Under the pieces are notes generated by a model. That model saw nothing but the letters and a program-made list of their open reading frames with translations, was not told the DNA's origin and made no database searches. This document shows, piece by piece, positions 13,544-28,949 of a stretch of DNA of 64,000 nucleotides (positions within the stretch are counted from its first letter, which is position 1; every line of letters starts with the position of its first letter). The stretch comes from the human T2T-CHM13v2.0 reference genome, Homo sapiens, in the NCBI RefSeq assembly GCF_009914755.1, contig NC_060928.1; one strand, written 5' to 3'. A program made the translations under genes and the position numbers.

Positions 13544-16500
13544 TTACTTGGATTATTTCCATTGTTAAGCCAGAGTAAAGAAATACTTTAGAGAATGATT
13601 ATTTATAGATGAAATCACAGGTGCATCGAACAACCATATGAAACAGCTATCCACAACTACTGTCTTTTTAGTCACTTTAGATTTCTTGAATTCAGAATAT
13701 TTTCCACCAGGACTTTTAACACGTGATTCTTTGTAATCTAAATAAGTAGCTCTTCGAGAAAAATAAGATGCTTCCTGAGGTTGGAAAATTGAAAAGAGTC
13801 TCCCCTAATGGACCAGCAGCATTGTGTAGTGAAATTCATGAGGATTATGAAGCCAGATGGAACGGAATTTTACTGAAGACTGACACTTACAGTTGTGTAA
13901 CTTTGTGAAAATTACATAACCTTGCTTCATGTGTTTTTGGTTTTGGTTTTGGTTTTAAAGAAATGTAATACCTACTTCACAGGGTTTTCATGAGAACTAA
14001 AACCATATATGTACAGTGGCCTGCACAGGGTAGCATGTAGGAAATGATAGTTCCTGTGATGGAAGGTATTCTGTAGACACAGAGGTGAAAGTAGACCTGG
14101 CATATCACCCCAGTTAGGATGCCTTTTGCTTCTTCCCTTTTGCATGGGTTTCATATGCCAACACATCACCTTGCATGACTTTTTCAAAGTATTTATTAAC
14201 TTCCACTATTGAATACTATCTAGAACAAAGGGGCCAGCCCTATCCTTTTTGAGAGCTTTTTGGAATCCTTTTTGAAATCCTTTTGGAATTTTCAATCTGC
14301 ATTTATGTAATTTGAATCTTGTTAGCAGAATTAAACTCTAATGTTTGTTCAAAGTGAGCATAATCAAATAGCTGATCTTTAAATTTAAGGGAGAACAAAA
14401 TATTAGAGTACCAAGTTTTATCATCCTGTGAAATATAACAGTGCAAATCATGATCCCAATGCTACTTCTTGGGACAGCAACATTTCTTGATTGAGGGAGA
14501 GGGAGGCAAGTTACTTTTGATAATCACTAAGCATGAACCAAAAAGTAAACTCATTATAGTTTGCAGAGTCTTCCATTGGCTGCCCAAACTACTTCTCTTT
14601 GAAACAAAAGAAAATTGCTCAGAATGTTACTAGAGTTATGTCCATACTTATACCATTTCCTTATTGAATACAAATGGGTAATAAGAGAATTAAATAGATG
14701 ATCCCAAATGAAGTCTCATGGGAGGAGACTAACCCCCAGTCCAGTGCTATACAAGCAATAGTTGTTCAATACATGCTGCCTCCTGCTAACAGGAGGGAGG
14801 AAGACTGCTCACCCAGTGGTGACTGGAGGTTTTACTAATAAACGCATTGCCATGGTCTCAAGCTATAATTAGAGCAAGCTCCACAAACCAATTGTCATCA
14901 CTCAGAATGGCTCACCTTCCTGGATTATAAAAGTTTCTAGAATGTAAATATTTGTGTTTGTATCGAAAGATGACATATGCAAATGAAAACAATTTGTGTT
15001 CTACTCTGGTAAAAGTTAGGTCCCTTAGTAGTAGAAAAAAAGATTTATAGTGGGATTTCCCAAATCTTCCTTTAGGAGATGCTTTCAATGATAACACTTC
15101 TATCAAACCAAGTTTTTGTTACAACTTGAAAGGAAAATTAATGTTTTCTCCTCTGGAAACTAAAGCAGTTATTAATACCACCACTGAATTAGAATTTTTA
15201 CGCCATTTTCCTTCATGCAGCAGTGTGTTTTCCACCTTTCCATCTCTGCTTATCTGAATAGTAAGCCGTAACCCAAGTCAGTGATCTCATATATTCTGGC
15301 TGACCATTTACAGATTCTTCTTAAAAAAATAATGCCACAACTCCACCTACATACGTCTGCCATGCAGTAAACTGGTTTCAGGTGAAAGATTTTTATACTA
15401 TGTGGCTGATGTGGCTGTCTGTGTCCACACCTTGAATGTACCCGTTGAAATGTAATGGCCTGTATTTGATAAGGTTTCTCAAGTTAATAACCTATAAATA
15501 CTGCTAGCACAATTAAATGGTGGCTTTGAACTAACTGGAGCACTCAGTCTGTCTTGGTGAATTTGCAAAGAGGCTACCTACATACATCTTTCCTCTAAGC
15601 TTCAGATTAATCAACATGACTGCTTATACGGTTAAAACATTCTGTGTTTCCTGTATTTGCTGGCTAGACAAAGGGGTTATTTACACTGTGGTTGCTTGTT
15701 TGTTTGTTTTTTACTTTATTGAGCCTTTTTGTGATTAGATTTAAACAGTATAAATTGGGAAGCTGGGGGAAACAAGGCAGGGAGAATAGAGAGCTACAAG
15801 GATTGAGTTATGATTCTGACCCTTCCTGATGGTTCCTCATCCCTATCCCCTCTTATCAGTAAGCAGTAATGGCACATTTGACCTTTATTTAAATGAACAC
15901 ACCAAAACAGAGGACAGTATGAAAACTATGACTGTGTCTTATTTACCTTTGCACCCTCACGACTTGGCCATGTAGTTAGCAACCTAATGAAAGGTGTTTT
16001 GGTGAAAAATAAACACACTGCTACCATCCTGTACTGCATCATCCCCTGAAAGCCCAGAGCACAATACGAATCTATGTATTTTATTTTATATAAAGTCTCT
16101 ATTTTCAAGCATTATCATCAATGATAGCTGTACAGCTCTAAATAACATTTCACTGTTCACATCTAATGGACAACCATCAAGGGGGTTGTGGTTTATCATT
16201 CACAAAATGAATGTTGTTGTTAATTGCACAGATTTTTATCACTATAGCCACTTATGAAATAATTCAAAATAAGATTTATCAGATTTTCTAAGAAGGGCAG
16301 CTATGGAAGGGTCCCTTTGCTTGAAATAGACCACAAATGAGGTTGACATGAAGAATATTCTCGCAGATGCAGCCTGGAAAGACAAGTAGTGCAAGTGAAC
16401 TCATTAAATTTCACCTTCTCCTCCTCCTCTGCTCTTCTGCTAGTTCTGCTTTACTTAACATTTTGAATATTTAATGATATGCTAATTTTCCATTCAATGT

Positions 16501-19500
16501 CATATTCTAGAGAAAATTTTACAGAAGTCATTCTACCAATGTTTAAAATAAAAAAGGGTATTATTTGGGAAATTTGTATTCTTTGGGATTATTTTAAACC
16601 GCAAAAATTGTTTTGTTTTGTCTGTGGACTTTTTATGTTTAAAGGTGGTGACAACGACTAATAATGCATTCATATTTCTTTCTTCTCAAATTTCAGTTTT
16701 AGGTAGGAGGAGAAAAATAAGATTTCACTGGGGAGAGAGTCAGCAAAGTTGACATATATCCTAATTACTTTGATAGCATGTTTTGAACATTTATGAGGTA
16801 AATTTTTTAAGAATTCAAACACATAGGGAAAGGATTGTCTCAATATATGATAAAAAATTACCACTGGCCTATGATTTAAAACTTTCTCATTTTTATGTTA
16901 GTCTAAGCCCCCCAGGTTATAAATAATATTTTCCTCAAAACATAGCATTCCACTTAAATTCATACTCACTTAAGAATTTTTCCCAGCACCGTTGGACCTG
17001 GAGTGTCTTGGGAAAGAAGAATTGGTAACATCTCAGAATGTTAGAGCTGAGTGAAACATTAGAGATCGTCACATCTAAGCCCTAACTTTATTGGCAAGAA
17101 AATAAAGGCCAGAAGGGTGTTGGGGAGAAAGAGGGAAAAGCCGTTTTTCCATGTCACTCATGTGGTTGATATGAAGAGAAAACTATAGCCCATCTTCTGT
17201 GCCAAGTTGGCTAGTATTCTGGTATACAACTTTTTGGTTACAATACATTTAAAACAAATTCTCGTCTAACTAACCACAACTCTTGCTTTACAAAATAATG
17301 TACTTTTGTATATAAATCTGAGTGACCTATAACCCTACACTCAGTTCTCACCCTGTTATGGATTTTATATCTACCTCTTGTAAAGGTGGTGTGGGGTGGC
17401 TGAACATAGTAAATATAAAGTACATAAAGTCTTTTAGAACAAAGGTTTTGCTAGTTGAAGCAATTTTAAATGTTTCAGCTAATAGGAACTATAAAGATAG
17501 AAAGATGAACAGATTCTGAAATTTTACTTGTATCTATTCTAATGGAATATGTGTCCTTGACAGGTGTGTTTGCTTCAGTGATAATTTTGATGGGCTAGTG
17601 CTTTCTTCAGGAAATAAGATAGGTCTTTTCCCAAGGTTGCCTCATATTTAAAAATACCTCCCCAACTGAAAGCGATGAGAAGACAGTGTGTTTGGCAATA
17701 TGCTAATTGCTAGTTGTTTTCTTTTTAGAAAGTGAGACTCATCTGTAGGTGGGAGAAAGGGAACCTAGAGGTATGGGTGCAGCTGCAAGTGAATTAAAAG
17801 AGAACTCAGAGGTGGGTAAAGCAGGTAGAGGGAACCTTTAAACTCTGGGCATGACCTACTACACGTCTGCTTTTAAAGAGTCGTATTATCAGCATTTTCA
17901 CAATTACCCCACTCATAGTATCCTACAGCCTCATCCCAATATTCTGCCCTTGTCCCCAGCTGTTCCGAATATAAGCCCTGGTGAAATCGCGACAATAAAT
18001 ATCCTTGTAACTTCTTAATCTAGTAACTGAAAGACAGCATTTATTTGTTTAACATTTACTGTTATTTCACACAGGCTGAGCATTTGTTATCAGCAAAAAG
18101 GATTCCAGTAACATATAAGGTGTAAAGTGATTTGTAACAAATTAATGCCAAAAAGCTGGAAAAATAATTTCATTTCCAAGTACTTTGTAGCTTCAAACCT
18201 CAGCAGAATTTTAAAAACTTATCAATTAATGTAATTTTTATTTGAAGAATTTATTATCTGAATAGATCTTTGGATTCAGGTCATTTCCCATATGAATGAC
18301 GCCAGCTTTTTCCTCTTAACCATTCTCAGTTATATCTTAACAATATTGGCAAAAAAGCATAGAGACCACGTTATTAAAATTTTTAAAGCATTGCATTTTA
18401 AAGACTTTTAAAACTAGCAAATAGAAAAAAATCAAGTACCTCTTACAACATTTATTTTAATATCCTAACGTATAGTCATACATTATATATTCCTCAATAT
18501 ATTTTATTTTAGAAAAAATGTAAGTAAGCCACAAACCCAGAACTTGCCAGTTAGTTATATTTAGCATGTTTTCCATGTACTAACTTGAAGCAGAAAACTG
18601 GTTTTCAACCAAAAATATGATTTTATGTGTATACTTTTTCTCAAACACGTCAAACTTTGAAACATATTTTGCCTCTTCTGTTTAAAAGAGCACAGTTGAA
18701 GGGAGTACTCTTTGTCTTGACAGCATCTGGCAAATCATACATTTTTAATTACTAATTTTTGATCAGATGGGGGGAAATTTTCATCTAAAAAACGTCTCCG
18801 GGGTTAATCACAGATATGTCCTTGATCTTATATTGGTTTAAAGAATATAAAAACCAAAGACAGAAATCTAGGATAACTGTCGGGATGTTTCTGCCAATCA
18901 CAGTGGTCCAGCACCATCCAGTTAAAACACGTTCACTCCCACAGGCCTCAGCTCAATTATCCCAGGAAATTCTGTGGAACTGCTAAAAGGAACAAGAGAT
19001 ACAACTGTGTTGGAAATGTTCTAATTTCCCTTTTAATCCTCTCCCTCTATCTCCTTCTTTACCTTTATAAGATAATAGTTATGGAGGGGAAGTGGCAGTA
19101 GTGCTGTAAGGAACCACGCAATAGATTGAAGTTCAAGGCTTCTCGGTTTAAATCACATCTCTGCTAACAACAACTCTGAGATCATTGCAAAATTACTTAG
19201 CCTTTTTACAAGCTAGTTACTTCCAACTCCCTCATCTATAAACATATGAGGTTGGACTAAATCTCCAAAGCCTTTTCCAGTTCCCAAACCCTGTAATTCA
19301 CACTGCCCATAAAAAATAAATGTAACTCTGGGATGTTCATTTTCTAAAGTAAAGTTGTAAAGAGTCTGGACTTTTTTATTAACAAATGCCAGAAGCTATA
19401 TGGAACTTTGTGGGTCCTCAATAAATATCAAACAATCAACTTTATCTTTCATCTGCAAAATGGGGTGAGTAATGCTGACTTGTCTCCCAGAATTTCGTGT

Positions 19501-20060
19501 GAGAAATAACAAATGAGAACAAAGCACTTTTCAGATAATGAAGTAATTCGAATAAGCTGTTTTAATAAGTCTGCGGTCTAGATAGATGATGCAAGAATAA
19601 AGTGTCTTTTTTATTATTACATCTCTGAAATACAAGAGTCTTTTTACCTATTTAAGGAGAAACAGTCATTATCCTTGCTTATCATCAAAAAGTCAGCATG
19701 GGTAATTTCTGTGCAAATGGAATTTTTCATATGATTTTAACATTTATCGCTTTTAACACAATGCAGCTTTTATTCTTACCTGATATCAAAATGGAATCAT
19801 ATCTTGATTTAAATAGTTTAATGAGGCATTGCATCAGCATTATACTACTCTGCTCAATGAAAATGCTTTCTGAAATGACTGATAAGCTGCACAAATGAGA
19901 AAATTGTAAATTTGATAATCTTCCTACTCAAAAGTAATACAATTCAGGAACTGATACTCAGGAAAATGATATATTGCATTCTGGCTTCCTGGAGACTTCT
20001 ACAGTATGGATTTTTTGAACGTTTATGTTCAGTAAATAATATGTTCTATACTTTTTACAG

Positions 20061-20129
20061 TGTTTCAACAAAAGACAGCCAGAAGACAATCTGATGATGA
20101 CAAGTTCCGTGGTCTTCCTAAGAAACAAG
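20061..20129 (+). CDS. BANK1: BANK1 coding exon (approx. exon 11), 69 nt, phase 1-1
   Basis: Acceptor ctttttacAG, donor AAG|gtacta. (V)FQQKTARRQSDDDKFRGLPKKQ(D) continues the frame. Confidence 0.94.
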
Positions 20130-20253
20130 GTACTAACACTAACTTCAATCTATTTAGTAATCTCTAGGTAAAATATCAAGAAATCTTATGAATACAGAGT
20201 AAAGCCTCCTAGGACAGAAGTATGTAATTGTGTGCTTTATAAATCTTACTCTT

Positions 20254-22603
<2,350 letters not shown>

Positions 22604-25600
22604 TAACAAAGGCATGAAATAACCTTATCAGAATGTTTGTGATAGTGTTGTCGATGTTATCATGAGGGTTCCAGGAAGGTCAAGTAAGAAAAATTCTCTA
22701 AGATGCATCAGAGGCTGTGTTTTCATAGACCTATAAGGGAAGCCTCTGGAACCTAACTTGGTAGGAGTGGCAAATGATTTGATTCCTCCAAAGAAAGGGG
22801 CTAGCATGAGTTTTCTATGGTTTGCACTAAATGCCAATCAAAGACTGCATCCTTTTTAACTGTTCTCTTGCCTTCAGCACTTGATCTAACATTTCTTGAA
22901 CAATTATTTGTTATGCAGAGAAGAGCTGAAAACTGTAGCCACAGAAACATCTTCCACAGACAGAATATTTTCTGCCTCCAGTTTTCCCTAAAATGTTTGT
23001 CTTCTGCTGAAAAGAAAGACTGTAGCAGATCATGTATTATGATTTTTTGTCTGACAATAAGGCCTTATTCAATGTTCAAAAATGAAAAACATTAAAGGTG
23101 GCAGAGGTAGGGGGTAACATTAGCTGCCCATGATAATGAATGTGTATATACAGGCCCATCTTTGAAATAACTTCAGTCCAAACTAATATTTCCTTGAAAA
23201 TGGTGCCGGTAAATTGTTGAAAGAGACACTGGAATAAAACCAGGAAATTGTTTCACAGCAACTACTAACCACTCCCAGTCAGGCTCCTTTTTTGCCATTG
23301 TGAAGATGGCTGGGAATGGATTGCACCAAATTCTAACACCCACTGAACTATTAAATACAGACCTTCAATGGACCTGCTCCTAGGACATTATGAATCATCC
23401 TTCAAACAAGGGTGCATTCTTAAATGAGTGATCCTCACCCATCACTTCAAGTGGCATTTTTTCACAACAGCAAGGTGGTACTTAGATCATCTTCCAGTTA
23501 ATACACGGTGTTCGAATGCAACACATGATGAAGCTGAACTTTTATTCTCTCATGAAACACTTTAATACACTGCTTGTAAATTTACATGCAAAAAACTCTT
23601 TATTTGACAGTTTTCCATTTTTAGTGATTTCATATTTAAGGAGAAAGATAGATCTTTTTAAGTCTACTATTATCCTCCCACTGTGCCTTTAGCTCTCTCA
23701 AGAAATAAATGCAAAGCTACATGTAAGATCATTGTACAATTAGGATCAGAACAGCTACGAAAGAATTAAACAAAGTAGATAAGATTATTTCTACCTGGCC
23801 TCCCATACATACCTCACAGAGCTTTGGAAAGAATGAAGAGAGGAGATTTTTGGGAGAAAAATCCCTGAAGTGTTTTTCTTATAAATTATTCAATTACCAT
23901 GTTTTTAATTAAATTATGTTAGAATTAAAGGGAAAATGCAAAGAAGGCCACAGGAGATGAAGAGAAATGACGAGTATCAAGTGTAATGAAGAGATCCTTG
24001 GAATGTTTGATCTTATCAGTTATCCTGGCTGTCCCACAGAGAGCAATGCAAGGAAGGGCTGCTAGTATCTGTTAAGCTTAGAAGAGCCCTGTCATTATTC
24101 TACCATGTATAGACAATTAGTACCCATCTGCCCACAGAAAAAGGGGAGGAGAGGGTGGTAAAGGGAAACGAGGACCTAATTATGCAATATTGTATTGATT
24201 ACTATCTGTCCATATCTTGTTACCTAATTTGCATAATCAAGGTCAATTACCTCTAGATTTTTAAAAATTCTGTAGGGACTCAGATACTAACATTTTAATC
24301 ATATTTTGTCTGTAATATTTTTTCTGTGTACATACTTAAATACAACTTATTGATGATATTTTTGATTAGTCATCTTAGAGCAGTTTCTTTAGATTCCTTT
24401 ATTCCTGAACATCAGTAATGTACCAGAAGGGAACAGCATATTGTTTTATTTGTAAGGACTAAGGAAACATCAATCCTTATCAAATGTTTCTTTAAAAACC
24501 TCCCTGATGACTATAGTGTGCAGGGAAATCAGCAGTTAGCATGAAAACAAGATAATTTGGAATACTTAGTAATAAAAGAATTAAGTACCTAAATAGCTAA
24601 CAAGGTTGATTTCATCCAACCATATTTCTCTAAACTGTTGCAGATATTATGATCATTCAGTCCATGTAACATACTATGCAATGAAAACTGCTTATTACCT
24701 AATTAATGAATATTCTTCAAATATCCTGGGATTTCATGGTGTACTAGGAAAAGCAGTACATACTTCACCAGTGATACTCTCTTTATTTGGTAGAACAATA
24801 AAAAGGGCCTTTTATATAATGTTTGTCAGAGGCAAGATTTTCTAAAGGGACTAGACAAGTTCTCTAAAGAAGGTAAAAAGGAATTATTATTTAACTCTTC
24901 CTCTATATGCTGGAGGGAAAAGGGATGATGAGAGCCAACTGTTTTCCCATTGAAAGTATAAGCATTTCAAGTGCACTAAGTTTAAGACTGGCAAGGGATT
25001 GCCAGGAAGTTACATTATTGCTAAGTCAAGGAATTTTCCTAAGGAAGAAAAAAATAATTAATTGGCACCATTTCCATGGAAACTCAACAGATTCTTCAAC
25101 TCAGTTTCCACATTTTGAAAAAATGTAAGGAAAAATGCTGAGGACTTTGGATCACAGATAAAATTTTCCATCAAAACAGTTTTAAAGTCAATTTTCCCAA
25201 TTTGGATTTGAAATGAGAAAATACTAGTGCTAGAAATTAGAAATTTCTAGCCAGAAAACTGCATTTGCCAGTGTGTTTGGAATTGATCAGGATTTTGAAG
25301 TCTGGCTTATGTTATCGAAGCTCACAGAGGACTGATTCATACCCCCAATTCCAATCATTAAACCTATAATAAGGGAAGATGGCTTTCCAGTGACTAGATT
25401 GCTTGCATTATTTGGTCTCTGCCAGATAATAAAGTTTCTATAAAATATACTTAGTCATTAGAAGATTTCTAAGTGAACATGATCAAGTCAAAAATGTTGA
25501 AAGAATTTAAGGGCTCCTTATTCAAAGATGGAAATATCTGGCTAATTTTCCTTGTTTTACAAAATCATATATAGTCTAGGGTCAAGTTTGTTCACATCTT

Positions 25601-25805
25601 GGACTGTACAGAAGGGCCTTTTCTATCTATATCAAGATCATCCCCATCTTACCGTGGATATGACACGTGGCAACTGATGAGGTTCAAGCATTCTTAACAA
25701 GCTGCCTCCCTGTAATCATAGATTACATCCACAGATCTCCTCAGCCATATAGTCAAATGAACCTTATCAAGGGTGTGTTGTTGCTCTCACTCTTAGAGGG
25801 CAAAA

Positions 25806-26511
25806 GGTTAGTGTAGGCAGCTAGGCAGACACGAGCAGGGCAGGAGAGGGCCACCCACCCAGGAATGTCAGACGACCACCAGGTGATGGTTAGGTAGTTG
25901 TTAAACTGTCTCTTTAAAACCGTAATTGGTCACAGCCAGTGCCAGTGAAAGGCAGTCTCTTAATAGACAGAAAACACCTGAAGCTGGTCATCAGCAGCTT
26001 CCCAGTAAGATCGCAGGAGTTGGGCAAGTGGGCGCAAGCATGTGCACTAAGAGGCAAAATGGTAGGGTTTAACTGGTATATGACTTTTCTCTAGGAATGC
26101 TCAACTGGTAAGGGAAAAACACCTAAATGAGCATATGCACAACTTCAGTAAACATACTGCACATGGGCTCCTCCCAAGTGCTGGCAGGGCTCTGCGTTTG
26201 CAGATAGCCCACCCCAAGGAAAAACCAAGGGAGGAGAGACACTAACCCCATAACCATACCAATGTTTAAAACCTCATGTCAAGTGTTGAACAGTGCACTT
26301 GGATCTCTCAAGTTGCCCACTTGGCCCTCTTCCAAGTGTACCTTAGTTCCTTTCATTCCTGCTCTAAAACCTTTTAATAAACTTTCAATACTACTCTATC
26401 TAAAACTTGCCTTGCTCTCTCCTGTGCCTTATGCCCCTCAGCTGAATTCTTGCCTCCAAAGAGGCAAGAATCAAGTTGCTGCAGATCTGTACGGATTGGC
26501 TGTTGCTAACA
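25806..26511 (+). mobile_element. ERV1 solo LTR (MER50-like)
   Basis: Starts ggttagtgtaggcagctaggcagacacgagcagggcaggagaggg...caggaatgtcagacgacc; AATAAA at 26376-26381; ends ...gctaaca. Confidence 0.75.
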
Positions 26512-28328
26512 AAACCATGTCTTTGAAGGGTAAGTTTCTGTGGGTAGGAGGAGCACATCCACCCTAACCAACTGCCTATACCAGTCACTTCCAACTCTAG
26601 ATGAGCATAAGAATTATTTGCAGAGCTTTTAAACTTTGGTTGCCTAAGCCCTATCTTAGATATGGACTAAAAGTCGAATAGATGAGATAGTAATCAGCAA
26701 TAATCTCAAAATCAACATGTGAAAAAATCCCACCAAAAGAAACTATGTTTCAGAGACCACATGTGGTCAAATTTAGCCCCTAAGTAAATTATATTTTAGC
26801 AATAATCCACACAATACAATTTAAAACTTTTGCCAGCATTTAAGACCATGCTTCCTGAAATATTCAAATTTCCAACCAGTCCCTATTATATAAATGTATA
26901 ACTTGCAACAAATGACTATTACCATTTGTTATCATGCTTTCTGTGTTGTTTTCTTATATTTGGAACACATTTCTCTAAAGTCATAATTCTATCAAAAGTG
27001 AGTAAAGGGATATAGAGTCAGGTTATGAAAAAAATGAAAGAACATATTTATTTTTGCTAATGAAAACTATTCAAATGTATTTAATAAGCAGGTACTAAAT
27101 ATTATTTGCTCAGTAATTTTATCTGCATGGCCCCTATAGTTTATGAGCTTGTAACCCCTAGTATAGTCCCTGCCCACCAATTCCTCACTCGAGACTACAA
27201 AATCATTATTGGCTGGTCTTTTGTAGGGCAGGAGTGTGCCTACTCATGGGAAAGAGGTAGTCAGGCAACATATCCTTTCTGTGTTCTATAAGTGTGCATT
27301 GCTGTAGCACTTTGATAAATGTTAAATAATAAAATTGTCTAGAAGCAGGAGACCTGGAGAAATGGGGAAGATATTACCCTTACATGGGGAAAAGAGAATG
27401 CTGATCTCTGAGGTATTTTCATCAGGCTGTTTTTGCCAGTACTGGATATATTAAACAGAAAAGAGGGAAAATTGTCAAAATGTGGTCATTTGTACTCCAT
27501 AAAAGAATAATGGCCTCAGTTCCCTTTTCCAGTATACTTACATTTCCATTTGTCATATTGCTCACAAAAGTTTTTTGTTGTTGTTAAAGTCATACCTTGA
27601 AAATTTTGTGTAATAGCTCAGTTTTTGTCTAAGATAGCAATATGTTCGCAACCCACAGTGTTGTCTCTCAGAAATGAAATCAAAGCACACACAAAAAAGA
27701 TGAAATTCTTAATAATAGGGAGAACAAAGACTGGAAAATAAGCTTACTGGAATCTAGAACTAATTCTAATTAATTCTAAGGTTGAGAAAAGTTAATTGAG
27801 ACAAATTAAAAAATCAGTAGTCTACCCCTACTGTCTATGAAACAAATCAGTCCTTTGCTCATAATAGGAGGTAGAAAGATATTTAATCCCTCCCTTACCT
27901 CCTGACCCCAGCTACCTCTCTGCTACATAAATGTTAATTTTTACAAGTGCTCTGTGTCCCAGCTCTGATCTTTCCATATACATGCAGAAAATATTCCTTC
28001 CAGTTGAAAGTGGGGGTAGGAGGGTAATGCTACACTTGGCTGGTCCTGGGACTCTAAAGTAAAGCTCTAAAATGGAGGGATGGGAAGGTCAAGAAGTCTG
28101 TTAGAAATTTATGCATGGACTTAGATACATAGTGCCAGGGAATCATGTCCCGCCTCTATCGTGGCAGCTGCATTAGACAAAACCTGCTAAATCCTGGGAT
28201 CTTGAGTTGTGAACTGCACCTATTAAAGTTTTCTGCAGTCCCAGGAATTTGACCTGAACACAAGGAAAGAGCCAAAGGACACATAAACACCAAAAGCCTT
28301 GGTGAACAATGATTCCATAGATGTGTTC

Positions 28329-28617
28329 TTTTTTTCTTTTTGAGACAGAGTCTCGCTCTGTCGCCAGGCTGGAATAGAGTGACACGATCTTGGCTCACTG
28401 CAGCCTCCGCCTCCCGTGTTCATCCGATTCTCCTGCCTCAGCCTCCTGAGTAGCTGGGACTACAGGCGTGTGCTACCACGACCAGCTAATTTTTGTATTT
28501 TTAGTAGAGATAGGGTTTCACCATGTTGGCCAGGATGGTCTGGATCTCTTGACCTCATGATCCACCCACCTCGGCCTCCCAAAGTGCTGGGATTACAGGC
28601 ATGAGCCACCACGCCAG
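28329..28617 (-). mobile_element. AluSc-like SINE
   Basis: Antisense Alu with the 1-nt deletion tcgccaggc and tctcttgacctcatgatc. Confidence 0.88.
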
Positions 28618-28949
28618 AAGGATTAAAGATGAGAACAAACAAGTAATATGAAAAGTTCATAAACTAAAACTACTCCAGAAGAAGGGAAGGAGAGTTTTTT
28701 TTGTAAAGACTCAGAATAATTATACTTCTGTTAATGATTTATTTATTTAATGAGTAAGGTTGCCAGATATCATATCAAAAGCACCAAGCTATCAACATGG
28801 AAATAATGGGAAATACACACACACACACTAAGCACTGAGCATTTTTCAGCTAACAATTCATAACTGCTTAAATATGAAGCTTTTTATAAATATTTTAACT
28901 TTTTCAGAAGTTCTAAGGCGGTATGTGTTAATTTGAACTTAAGTGTCCC

